Of a stretch of DNA of 64,000 bases, positions 50,056 through 59,754 are shown piece by piece. The stretch covers positions 160,001 through 224,000 of the forward strand of contig OZ253442.1 in the NCBI GenBank assembly GCA_965261085.1. Direction: 5' to 3'. The notes under the pieces were generated by a model. The model ran no database searches. It saw nothing but the letters and a program-made list of their open reading frames with translations, and was not told the DNA's origin. This DNA comes from a bacterium (GTDB lineage Bacteria; UBA8248). Every line of letters starts with the position of its first letter. Position 1 is the first letter of the stretch. The translations under genes and the position numbers were made by a program.

Positions 50056-51444
50056 ATGAATCGCTCGAAACAACTTGCCGGATTCATGTCGGGGCTGCGC
50101 CTTGAGGATATGCCCAGGGAGATACCCGATTTCCTGAAGCTCTGCTTACTTGATCACGTAGGCTGCGCGCTGGGGGCTCAGGGAACCGAGGAGGCGGGCG
50201 TTCACCTGCGCGCCGCCGAGGCGGCTTCGGGAAACGGGCCCTGTATGATTATCGGCCGGGATTTCGGGGCCGACCCGGCCACCGCCGCGCTCACGAACGG
50301 CGTCGTCTCTCACGTCCTTATCTTTGACGATCTGCACCGTAAATCCAAGCTCCACCCCGGCGTGGCCGTAATCCCGGCGGCTCTGGCCGCCTGTGAACTC
50401 GGGGGAGCGGACGGCAAGACTTTTTTAGAATCGGTATCGGCGGGTTATGAGACGGCGGCGCGGGTGGGCATGGCGGTCAACATGGCCGAGCATCGCCTGA
50501 TGGGATGGCGGGCCACGGGCACATGCGGTTCCTTCGGGGCGGCGGCCGCCGCATCGCGCGCCATGAATCATTCGCCTGAAACCCTGCACCACGCCATCGC
50601 AGCGGCGGCGGGGCAGGCTTCGGGTAATTTCGCCTTCACGCAAGGATCGGGGATGGAGCTTTACCTGGCGGCGGGAACGGCCGCCAGAAACGGCGTGGTC
50701 TCGGCGCTTCTGGCCGGGGGCGGCTTCAGAGGCTCCTCCGATCCCCTGGAAGCGGCCGATGGGGGCTTTTTCTCCATGACCACAGAGGACCCTAACCCTG
50801 AGATTCTCACCAACGGCTTGGGCGATCGGTATTGGCTCATGGACACCTCCATCAAACTCTACCCCACCTGCCACAGCAGCCAGACGGGCATCGACGCCGC
50901 ACTCTTTGCCCGCCAAAAGCATGGCCTGAAGCTCGAGGACGTCGAGCGCACCTCGATTCGGGCCGGTGAGATTACGAAAATCCAATGCGGCTGGGATTAT
51001 GAACCGGGTCCTCCCGCCAAGATGATCTTTCACATGGGATACGCCATGGCGGTTGCGCTGAGGCGGGGCAAGGTTTCACCGTCTGATTTAGAGGGCGAAT
51101 CCTTACACGATCCGGAACTTGTGCGATTCGCCAAAGCCACCCGGGTGGAGGCCGACCCGGAGCTCACGGCGATTTACCATGAGAAAAAACCGTGCGACGT
51201 GACGTTTCATCTCAAAGATGGCAGTCGACTTCATAAGCGCGTCGAATACTGCCGGGGCGATCCGGAAAACAGGCCCTCCGAGGAGGCGGTCGTCGAGAAA
51301 TTCCGTGATCTTACGGCACCCGTGCTTGTACGGGGGAGTCAGGACGCCATCATCGATTTCGTGATGAGTGTCGAGGAGCAGCCCTGTCTCTCGCGACTGA
51401 GGGAACTGACAACCCTAAAGGAAACCCAGGCGGTGGGAAGCTAA
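50056..51444 (+). CDS. MmgE/PrpD family protein
   Basis: LLD.VGCALG, NG..SH.L.FDDLH, HPG, GYE, IKLYPTCH, RGDPENR. Confidence 0.92.
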   Translation: MNRSKQLAGFMSGLRLEDMPREIPDFLKLCLLDHVGCALGAQGTEEAGVHLRAAEAASGNGPCMIIGRDFGADPATAALTNGVVSHVLIFDDLHRKSKLHPGVAVIPAALAACELGGADGKTFLESVSAGYETAARVGMAVNMAEHRLMGWRATGTCGSFGAAAAASRAMNHSPETLHHAIAAAAGQASGNFAFTQGSGMELYLAAGTAARNGVVSALLAGGGFRGSSDPLEAADGGFFSMTTEDPNPEILTNGLGDRYWLMDTSIKLYPTCHSSQTGIDAALFARQKHGLKLEDVERTSIRAGEITKIQCGWDYEPGPPAKMIFHMGYAMAVALRRGKVSPSDLEGESLHDPELVRFAKATRVEADPELTAIYHEKKPCDVTFHLKDGSRLHKRVEYCRGDPENRPSEEAVVEKFRDLTAPVLVRGSQDAIIDFVMSVEEQPCLSRLRELTTLKETQAVGS

Positions 51445-51495
51445 AAAATGAAAAGAACGTAAAATCCGAGAGGTCCATATTTCGCCGTATAGGAG

Positions 51496-52407
51496 ATGCA
51501 AATGGCCATTCGCCGCAACACCACCAAGTTCCGCGCCCTGCTGAAAAGGGGAAATTTTATCTTCATGCCCGTCGCCTACGATCCCATCGGGGGCAGGCTG
51601 GTGGAGAGCCTGGGCTTTAAGGCGACCTATACGGGTGGTTTCGTGACGGGTGGTTCGCGCTGCATCACCGAGCCGATGGTGACGATGCGCGAGCAGGTGG
51701 ACGTGGCGGGAGACGTCGCGAACGCGGTGGAAATACCCACCCTCGCAGACGGCGGAGCGGGCTTCGGCGAGCCGATGCACACCATGCGCTCCGTGCGGGA
51801 ATTCATTCGCGCGGGCATAGCTGGAATCCACATCGAGGATCAGTTCTACCCCAAGCGCGCGCACTATCATAAATACGTCGCGCACGCGATTCCGGCCAGG
51901 GAGTTCGTCGACAAGATCAAGATGGCGTGTCGCCAGCGGGATGAGACGGACAAGGATTTCGTCATCATCGCGCGTTCGGATACGGCGCGCTTCATGGGCA
52001 TGGGCGAGGCGATCAAGCGCGTGAACATGGCCGCGGACGTAGGCGCGGATATGGGTCTCGTCTTTCCCCGGAACCACAAGGAAGCGCTCGCCGCTCCCCA
52101 AAAGTCCAAGATTCCCCTGGTGTACGTCCAGAGCCGGGGCAACAGGGACGGAAGACCGCTCTACTCGGAAACCCAGATGGCCGAGATGGGCTACGTCGCC
52201 TGCATCGACGCCATTTTGTATCTCACCGTCAGTTTCCATTTCATGAAAAAGGCCTTACAGGAAGTGCGCAAGACGGGCGATTACACGGGCATGACGCATG
52301 AGGAGTTCACGGCCGCCCGCCAGGGGGTAGAGGATTTGATAGGCCTCGAGGGCTTCTATGAGATAGAAGAAGAGACGGTGGAGAAGAAAAAATGGGGCAA
52401 ACGCTAA
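51496..52407 (+). CDS. Isocitrate lyase/PEP mutase family protein (PrpB/2,3-dimethylmalate lyase-like)
   Basis: AYDP, GFKA.Y, ADGGAGFG, GIHIEDQ, IIARSD. Confidence 0.9.
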   Translation: MQMAIRRNTTKFRALLKRGNFIFMPVAYDPIGGRLVESLGFKATYTGGFVTGGSRCITEPMVTMREQVDVAGDVANAVEIPTLADGGAGFGEPMHTMRSVREFIRAGIAGIHIEDQFYPKRAHYHKYVAHAIPAREFVDKIKMACRQRDETDKDFVIIARSDTARFMGMGEAIKRVNMAADVGADMGLVFPRNHKEALAAPQKSKIPLVYVQSRGNRDGRPLYSETQMAEMGYVACIDAILYLTVSFHFMKKALQEVRKTGDYTGMTHEEFTAARQGVEDLIGLEGFYEIEEETVEKKKWGKR

Positions 52408-52443
52408 GGGCCGGTTTTTGAGAAGAAAGAAGGGCGTCAAACC

Positions 52444-52739
52444 ATGAAGCGCAGCACCGAGAGAATCTCACGACCCACACGGAGAGACTGCCGCTTCCGC
52501 AGTAAGTGGTCGATTTATTGCCGGCCCAGGAGGAAGACGGTGCTGATTCCGGCGATCTCGATGCCGCCGCGGCGCGCGCGATAGAAGACGTCGTGGAAAA
52601 ACAGTTGGAGGCGGGAGTCGACGTCATTTACGACGGCGAGCAGGCCCGGCCCGATTACACCACCCACGTCAAGGACAGGCTGACGGGATACGAGGGGCGA
52701 ACCGGTTCGTGGTCGAACTCGCGAATGACGACAATCTGA
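52444..52739 (+). pseudogene. Cobalamin-independent methionine synthase II-family 5' remnant
   Basis: MKRSTERI/(L)TTHT..LP with frameshifts, then VVEKQLEAGVDVI.DGEQ.RP.YTT.VKDRLTG. Confidence 0.8.
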
Positions 52740-52864
52740 ACGGGATGGCGATGATACCAGGGGAGGTGGTTGTTTAGATAGACAGCCAATCTTTCCTCGG
52801 TTAGAGACGATTCGCCCCTAAAAAAACCTGAGGTGTATCCTCGGTATTATTTCCCATTGACATC

Positions 52865-52940
52865 TATATCCCCGTAATCCGTCTCGCCATATCCGTGAAG
52901 CGCCGAACTTCCTCGGGCTTAAGAGGGCGTCCATGGAGGC
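52865..52940 (-). pseudogene. Short remnant resembling the C-terminus of a type ISP restriction-modification enzyme
   Basis: GRPLKPEEVRRFTDMARRITGI*; recognised from memory of the family tail only. Confidence 0.5.
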
Positions 52941-53247
52941 TGCTCTTCATCTTCATTCTCGTATATCATTTCTATCTCAGGTTCCGGAATTTCTCACATG
53001 AACCCATGAGGCGCGCCCCGCCGGAGGTGGTTCCTGAGTAAACGTTGTGGGGCACAAGAACGTAACCGTAAGCAAGGTGTTCGAATCAGACTTTGGAAGA
53101 TGGCTGCGCAATCGTCCGGCACGGACTCGCCGGGATGCGGCGGAGGGGCTAATTTTCCCGCATTTGCCGTCATCGGACTCAAGGCGCGCGCGTGTATGAT
53201 TGCGAAGCGCATCGCCGCGTTCGAGAATAAGGAATTTCTGAAAATAT

Positions 53248-53310
53248 CGATAAATTCACGGGGTTTTTCGATAAATTGACGGGGTTTTTCTGGAATTAAC
53301 GAGGTGTTTT
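53248..53310. repeat. 21-bp tandem direct repeat (2 near-perfect copies plus 1 degenerate)
   Basis: CGATAAATTCACGGGGTTTTT / CGATAAATTGACGGGGTTTTT / CTGGAATTAACGAGGTGTTTT. Confidence 0.8.
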
Positions 53311-53381
53311 CCGAGAGATTCCCGGCCCGATTAAGGCCAGTAATGCGGAGCATCATACGCCAGCCCGGAGGAATCAAGAAG

Positions 53382-54053
53382 ATGCAAATGCGAGGAAATG
53401 CGGCGCGCGCGCTTTTCCCGGAAATCCCACAAGTCGTTGATTTATATGCGAAAGAAACGGAAGGACTCCCCGAGGGGACATTGCGGAGAACGAGAAAGGA
53501 GAAAAGTTGGGGCCTGTGGTCCATCCAGGATCAGGTGAGCCACGTGGCGTCTTTGCCCTACCGGTGGCTGCTCATTCGCTGGGGAGCTATCCTCTTCGGC
53601 GATGATCTTCCGCGCGATAAGAAGTTGTTCGAACGCTTCGATGGGCGAATGATGAAAGAGGATGATTCCCCGCAAATTCAAGACCTTATCGACGTCATGC
53701 GGGATTCGTTCGCCCTCGTCTGGGAGGTGCTGGGAGCGGAGACGACCGAATCCATCTGGGATGAGAGAAAGATTTCCGAGCGTGTGCCGCACGGCATGAT
53801 ACGGCCCGGAACCGGCGAGAATGTCCGCCAATGGCGCGAAAACATCACCCTCAAAGCCCATCGCACAGGCGTGTGGATTGACCCGGAGGATACGGAACTA
53901 TTTCATTTCAACCTGGAATACACGTTTCGCCACATGCTCTGGGAGGCGTATGCACACTTGAAAACCATCCAGATGCACAAAAAAGAGGAAGACTTGGAAC
54001 CGCTCGTCAGCATTCCGCAAGAGGGTTACATCTGTGTGCTGAAATGGGAATAA
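53382..54053 (+). CDS. DinB/YfiT-like protein
   Basis: WSIQDQVSHVA and C-terminal HMLWEAYAHLKTI; GGAGGA RBS before 53382; start uncertain. Confidence 0.65.
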   Translation: MQMRGNAARALFPEIPQVVDLYAKETEGLPEGTLRRTRKEKSWGLWSIQDQVSHVASLPYRWLLIRWGAILFGDDLPRDKKLFERFDGRMMKEDDSPQIQDLIDVMRDSFALVWEVLGAETTESIWDERKISERVPHGMIRPGTGENVRQWRENITLKAHRTGVWIDPEDTELFHFNLEYTFRHMLWEAYAHLKTIQMHKKEEDLEPLVSIPQEGYICVLKWE

Positions 54054-54120
54054 TACCCATATAAACAATCATTTCTCAGAATAGAATCATTCCCGTCCAA
54101 ACCCTGGAGGACAACCAAAC

Positions 54121-54684
54121 ATGGTGGAAAGCACAAACTATCCCTGGCATGAGAGCACCGTGCCCGGCGAGAGACCAATTGATAAACCTGAACTTCCAAA
54201 AGACGGTTATGAGATCACCATGCTCGCAGAAACCGAGACGATGGACGATGGACAACTCAAAATCGGACGCTTCCGGCATTTTGAGGTCTTTAGCGATGAG
54301 CCCTCTCGCATCGGAGGAGAGGACAGGTATCCGCAGCCTCTCACATACATCGCCATGGGAGTCGGCTTCTGACTGTTGACCCAGCTTGGGCGGTACGCCC
54401 ATATGACGAAAACCACCTTCGAGAAAGCCACCTGCCGCGTTGAATTCGATTATTTTCTACAAGGTTCCGTCCTGAGAGGCGATGTGAATTCAGGGTGCCG
54501 AAGGGTGCGTACGCATTTCAAGGTGGAATCGAGCGAAGCGGAAGAGAATATCCTGAACATCATCCGATTGGCGAAGCAAGGCTGCTATGCCGAGCAAATG
54601 GTTCAGACGGCGGTTCCACTCACGAGCACTGTCGAACTAAACGGAAAAAACCTTGAATTAGAAGGAATCACGAATACGGATTGA
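54121..54684 (+). CDS. OsmC-like protein with in-frame TGA (probable selenocysteine, U84), 187 aa
   Basis: SDEP..IGG.D.YP.PL.YIAMGVGF-TGA-LLTQL, continuing in frame to AKQGCYAE; hairpin directly downstream of the TGA. Confidence 0.85.
54373..54405 (+). promoter_or_regulatory. Candidate bacterial SECIS element
   Basis: TGGGCG-GTA-CGCCCA at 54387-54401; the G-initial loop starts 20 nt after the UGA. Confidence 0.7.
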
Positions 54685-54711
54685 CTCGGACTAAATTTCT
54701 TGCAGACTTTC

Positions 54712-54787
<76 letters not shown>

Positions 54788-54980
54788 AGTATGTGGAGCA
54801 ATCGACAGACAACCAAGGGTTGTTCCTTATCGGCCCATTTTCCGTAAAAGGCAAGTGTTTCCATGCCTTTATCAGGAAGACGGGATTCTAAGACGCTCCA
54901 CCCCGGGCGTCAACATTGAAACGCCTTGTGCTCCATATATCTGGCTTGATGTTGCTGAACCTCCCACTTATGGTAAGAGG

Positions 54981-55994
54981 ATGACGAATAAATCTTCATT
55001 TCCCGTAGGTAAACTTCCGCCGGACGTGCTGGACGCTTTACTCAAAAACGCGAATCCTCACCCGCGCCTCATCGTTGGTCCACAGATTGGAGAAGACGCG
55101 GCCGTTATCGACATGGGAGATCGTTATCTCGTCGTAAAATCAGATCCCATCACGTTTGTGGAACATCATATCGGACGCTACGCCGTTCATGTGAACGCAA
55201 ACGATATCGTTTGTATGGGAGCTACCCCTCTGTGGTTCCTGATGACTCTCCTTCTGCCGGAAGGACGCGCTGATGAGGCGATGATAAAACGTATTTGGGA
55301 AGAAGTGGGAGATACCTGTACTGAATTGGGCATTACCTTATGCGGCGGGCATACTGAGATTACATCGGGATTGGAATTTCCGATTCTTTCGGGCCACATG
55401 CTGGGTGAAGTATCCAAGGAGAATTTGATACGAGGCGCGGACGCTTGTACGGATGACTTGATTCTGCTTACGCGCCCTATACCTGTTGAAGGAACTGCAA
55501 TCCTGGCGGATGCAAAATACGATTTTCTGAAAAGCATCATGGATATCGAGATACTGAAGAATGCAAAAAGATACCTGGTTTCTCCCGGCATCAGTATAGT
55601 GTCGCAAGCTCTGGCAGCAGCCGGAACAGGCTGCGTGCACGCGATGCACGACCCAACCGAGGGCGGTCTCGCCACAGGAATTCACGAAATGGCGGAAGCT
55701 GCAGGCTTGGGGGCAATCGTGGAGGAGAGTCAAATCCCCATCTCTTTTGAGGGCGGAAAGATTTGCGAAGCATTGGGACTCGACCCCTTGGGCGTCATTA
55801 CATCAGGAGCGCTTTTACTGGCGGTTCCAGCCGAAGGAGAAGAAATCGTGCGGGAAACGCTCATAGCGACGGGCGCGATGGGTGTTCGTATCGGCAAATT
55901 ATGCCCGCCTGAATCTGGTGTGATGATTCAACGCGGCGGAAAAACCTCTCCGCTTCAACGATTTGATTCCGATGAAATTTCAAAAGTGCTGTGA
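54981..55994 (+). CDS. AIR synthase (PurM/HypE/ThiL-like) family protein
   Basis: VGKL, IGEDAAV, KSDPIT, NANDI, GGHTE, MHDPTEGG. Start moved to MTNKSS. Confidence 0.88.
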   Translation: MTNKSSFPVGKLPPDVLDALLKNANPHPRLIVGPQIGEDAAVIDMGDRYLVVKSDPITFVEHHIGRYAVHVNANDIVCMGATPLWFLMTLLLPEGRADEAMIKRIWEEVGDTCTELGITLCGGHTEITSGLEFPILSGHMLGEVSKENLIRGADACTDDLILLTRPIPVEGTAILADAKYDFLKSIMDIEILKNAKRYLVSPGISIVSQALAAAGTGCVHAMHDPTEGGLATGIHEMAEAAGLGAIVEESQIPISFEGGKICEALGLDPLGVITSGALLLAVPAEGEEIVRETLIATGAMGVRIGKLCPPESGVMIQRGGKTSPLQRFDSDEISKVL

Positions 55995-56004
55995 GGAAGC
56001 AAAT

Positions 56005-56589
56005 ATGAAACGAGCCATGGAGGGTGTGTTGCTTGATTTTGACGGCACACTCACGAAACCCGCCTTTGACTGGCCCACGATGAAAGAGGAGATGGGATTG
56101 GTCGATGGGGACATTTCTATTCTGGATCACCTCCCCACACTCTCTCCCGAACGCGCGCATGAAATTTCGAATATCCTTGAAATACATGAACTTAAAGCCG
56201 CCGACATGGCCGAAGCCAACGACGGCGCGCACGAGTTGGTTGCGTATCTGCGAACGAAAAGAATCCCCTTCGGCATCGTAACGAACAACGCGGAGCGGCA
56301 TGTTCTTAAAATGGCGGAAAAAATAAATATCTCGTTCGAAGTTTTGATCACCCGGGATATAGGCTATTGGAAGCCGGACCCGAGGCCCCTGCTCGCAGGA
56401 GCCGAGGCAATCGGCGTATCACCGGGGAAATGCATCGTCATCGGGGACGGCAAATACGACATGATGGCCGCCAAGACGGCCGGAATGTTGTCGGTTCATC
56501 TGTCGGAATATTCCTTTATTCCTAGCGATTTGACCCTTCCATCCCTGCTGGAAGCGCCGGCCCTGCTCGAACAACTCCTTGATAAATAA
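56005..56589 (+). CDS. HAD-family hydrolase
   Basis: DFDGTL, IVTNN, KPDP, IGDGKYD. Confidence 0.9.
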   Translation: MKRAMEGVLLDFDGTLTKPAFDWPTMKEEMGLVDGDISILDHLPTLSPERAHEISNILEIHELKAADMAEANDGAHELVAYLRTKRIPFGIVTNNAERHVLKMAEKINISFEVLITRDIGYWKPDPRPLLAGAEAIGVSPGKCIVIGDGKYDMMAAKTAGMLSVHLSEYSFIPSDLTLPSLLEAPALLEQLLDK

Positions 56590-57364
56590 AGACTAGGGGC
56601 ACGCCCCTAAGGACATGCCCCATTTTGGAAGGAATTCGCTCAAAAACAGCGAATCATTCGGTGAGATGTCAGTGAATCAGCATCGGGGGACCCTTCAACT
56701 GATCACCGGGGAGAAAAGGCTCCTCTATTAAAGGCGCCCATTGAGGGCAGATGGTTCACACCCCTATATAATGCACGAATCATGCCATATAAGGTCTATT
56801 TCCACCGAACAATCAGCGAGTCCTGTAACTAAAGACATATCAGCAGGATATAAGACCTCCTCGGCGTGAAAAACCCAGGAAAACGCTTATGGCTTCCGGA
56901 GAATGGCCTCACACCTTGACTATTTTTCGGCAATTGGCGGCTTTGGTCTGACATAATGTCAATCTTGAAATCCGGATGAGCGCTACGAGGCCTTAAATAA
57001 TGAAAACAACACAAAAAGCCCCCGCAAATCCGCGCATTTGCCGTCATCGCGGCAGGCGCGGGCCATGGCAGAATTCCCTTGCGCTGCGAAGCGGCTGCGT
57101 CTTTTCCCAAGAAAAAAATCTTCATTTATTTATCGAAAGACACGTTCATGATTTCGTCCCATGGACAATCGTACTACCAGATACCCTGAAACATGATAAC
57201 ATGCTGTATTCAAAGCGGTAATTATCATAATTTCTTTTTCGCCTCCCCTTGCATTTACGTCAGACTTACGCTTTAATGGACGCACGTTTGATGCCGGACG
57301 TATGCGATTTGATTACGTATTGTCCATATCTTCCGGCCTGTGACACGATTTTCAGGGAGCGCCC

Positions 57365-58546
57365 ATGCCGAGAAGAAGCGAACGCAAGCTTACCAAACGC
57401 GTCGTCGACGCGCTATCTGTCGAGAAGAACGACGCCGCCTTCTGGGACCGGGACCTGGCCGGCTTCGGGGTGCGTGTCTACGCCACGGGCCGGAAGGTTT
57501 ACGTGGCGCAGTCCCGGGGACCGTGGGGGCCGAAGCGAGTGACGCTGGGCAAACACGGTGAGTTGTCGTGCGACGAGGCGAGGAAACAAGCCGCTCTCGT
57601 CATCGACCGCATCAAGCGTGGCGAGGAGCCCGAGCCCAAGCCGCCCGAGGCGGAACTCACGGTGGCCAGCCTTGCCGAGCGCTTCATGCGCGACCACGTC
57701 GAGACGCACTGCAAGCCCGACACCGCTGCGTCGTACCGCTCCTTGCTCGGAAACCACATCATTCCGGCGCTCGGCGCGATGGGGATCACCGAAGTCGGCC
57801 GGGCGGAGGTCGCCGCACTCCATCACGGCCTCCGCGCGACGCCCGCCGTGGCTAACGCGGTCTTGGGGCTACTCTCTAAAATGTTCAAGATGGCCGAGGC
57901 GTGGGACCTGCTTCCGGCCGGGAGCAACCCCTGCCGGGCGGTGCGCCGCTTCCGGACGCGTAAGCGGGAGCGGTTCCTGACGCAAGAGGAGTTCCGCCGC
58001 CTGGGCCGCGCGCTCCGTGACCTGGAGGCGGAGGGGAAGGCGTGGACGCCTGCGGTGTCGGCGATCAGGCTCCTGGCCCTGACAGGGTGCAGGCGGAGCG
58101 AGATACTGGACCTTCACTGGGACGACGTGGACCGCACGGCGGGGGAGTTCAGGCTCAGGGACGCCAAGGCGGGCCCGCGCATGGTTCCCCTGACAGCGCC
58201 CGCTCGGAAGGTGCTGGACGGGATTCCCCGCTCGCCGGACAACCCCTGGGTGATCCCCTCAAGGTACGGGAAGAACCGCCTGGGGAACCTCTCCTACTAC
58301 TGGGGGGCCGTGAGGGAGCGGGCGGGGCTCGACGACGTTCGAATCCATGACCTGAGACATAGCTATGCATCGCGGGCGCTGGCGCTGGGCGAGAGTCTCT
58401 CCGCGATCGGCAGGCTGCTCGGCCACCGTCACGTGGTGAGCACGGCGCGCTACGCGCACCTGATGCGAGACGCCGAGAAGGCGGCGGCGAACCGTGTGGG
58501 GGAGAGCATCGGCGTCCACGTCGTGAACGGGAGGATGGAGCGATGA
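57365..58546 (+). CDS. Tyrosine integrase with arm-binding (DUF4102-like) domain, copy 1
   Basis: WDRDLAGFGVRV; catalytic TGCR, K, HDLRH, LLGH, TARYAH. Confidence 0.95.
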   Translation: MPRRSERKLTKRVVDALSVEKNDAAFWDRDLAGFGVRVYATGRKVYVAQSRGPWGPKRVTLGKHGELSCDEARKQAALVIDRIKRGEEPEPKPPEAELTVASLAERFMRDHVETHCKPDTAASYRSLLGNHIIPALGAMGITEVGRAEVAALHHGLRATPAVANAVLGLLSKMFKMAEAWDLLPAGSNPCRAVRRFRTRKRERFLTQEEFRRLGRALRDLEAEGKAWTPAVSAIRLLALTGCRRSEILDLHWDDVDRTAGEFRLRDAKAGPRMVPLTAPARKVLDGIPRSPDNPWVIPSRYGKNRLGNLSYYWGAVRERAGLDDVRIHDLRHSYASRALALGESLSAIGRLLGHRHVVSTARYAHLMRDAEKAAANRVGESIGVHVVNGRMER

Positions 58547-59715
58547 CGAAGCCAATCATGAAAACGCTCTCGAACCGCGCGGTCGCGAAACTCACGGTCG
58601 AGAAGGACACCGTGTATTGGGATCGCGACCTCACCGGCTTCGGGGTGCGGGTATATCCCACTGGGGCCAAGGTGTACGTCGCCCAGGCGCGTGGTCCCGA
58701 GGGGCCGAAACGGGTGACGGTGGGCCGCCACGGCGTGATACATGCGGAGGAGGCCAGGAAGCGCGCGGCGCTCGTCATCGCACGAATCAAGGCGGGCGAG
58801 GAGGCTGTGCCCAAGCCGCTCAACCCCGCAGGCGGTCCCACGGTGGCCGAACTCGCGAAGCGCTATCTCGCCGAATACGTCTCCGTGCGCTGTAAGCCGC
58901 GCACCGTGAAGACGGTCCGCTCCGTGGTTTGTAAGCACATCGTGCCGGCGCTGGGAAAGCTGCCCCTCGCGTCGGTCGGGCGCAAACACGTGGTGGAACT
59001 CCACCAGCGGCTGCGCGCCACGCCCGCGGCCGCGAACCAGGCCGTCCGGGCGCTGTCCGCGATGTACAAACTGGCTGAGAGCTGGGAACTGGCGCCTGAC
59101 GGATTATCAAACCCCTGCCGCGCCATCTCCGAATACCCCGGCCGCAGGCGGGAGCGCTTCCTCACCGAGTCGGAATTCGTGCGCCTGGGACGCGCCCTGG
59201 ACGAGGTGGAGGCGAAGGGCGGCGCGTCGGTGAGCGCGGTGGCCGCCATCCGCCTCCTGATGCTGACCGGCTGCCGGAAGTCGGAGATCCTTGGCCTGAG
59301 ATGGGAGGAGGTGGCACCGGACGCGGCGGAACTGCAGCTCGCAGACTCCAAGACGGGCGCGCGGGTCGTTTCGCTCTCACAGCCCGCGGTCAAGCTTCTC
59401 GCCGCTCTCCCGCGCCTGCCCGGCAGCCCCTGGGTGATCCCCGGCAGGAAACCGGGCACGCACCTCAGGAAGCTCGATGACGCCTGGAATACCGTCCGCA
59501 CGCGCGCGGGGCTTCACGACGTGCGCCTCCATGACCTCCGTCATTCGTTCGCCTCGCGTGCCCTGGCGCTGGGCGAGGGACTCACCGTGATAGGCAAACT
59601 CCTGGGTCACGCGCGGATCGAAACCACCTCACGCTACGCGCATCTCGCGCGCGATTCGGTGCGTGAGTCCGCCGAGCGGGTGGCCGCGAGCATCGCCGAA
59701 GACATGCTGTATTGA
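58543..59715 (+). CDS. Tyrosine integrase with arm-binding domain, copy 2
   Basis: WDRDLTGFGVRV; TGCR, SKTG, HDLRH, LLGH, TSRYAH; ATGA overlap with copy 1. Confidence 0.95.
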   Translation: MTKPIMKTLSNRAVAKLTVEKDTVYWDRDLTGFGVRVYPTGAKVYVAQARGPEGPKRVTVGRHGVIHAEEARKRAALVIARIKAGEEAVPKPLNPAGGPTVAELAKRYLAEYVSVRCKPRTVKTVRSVVCKHIVPALGKLPLASVGRKHVVELHQRLRATPAAANQAVRALSAMYKLAESWELAPDGLSNPCRAISEYPGRRRERFLTESEFVRLGRALDEVEAKGGASVSAVAAIRLLMLTGCRKSEILGLRWEEVAPDAAELQLADSKTGARVVSLSQPAVKLLAALPRLPGSPWVIPGRKPGTHLRKLDDAWNTVRTRAGLHDVRLHDLRHSFASRALALGEGLTVIGKLLGHARIETTSRYAHLARDSVRESAERVAASIAEDMLY

Positions 59716-59754
59716 CTGCTGCGTACGGAAGAAACAACCGTGAATGCGGGTTTC

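Noticed and set aside
53248-53310. CRISPR array
   Set aside because: The repeats are contiguous with no spacers, and there are no cas genes in the window.
54981-55994. AIR-synthase-fold gene near the selenoprotein as selD
   Set aside because: It lacks the N-terminal G(C/U)xxK loop of SelD and has the GKL...GEDAA pattern of a different PurM/HypE-like subfamily.
56594-56621. TAGGGGC-AC-GCCCCTA hairpin as a REP or terminator
   Set aside because: Single short copy with a 2-nt loop; too little support to call.
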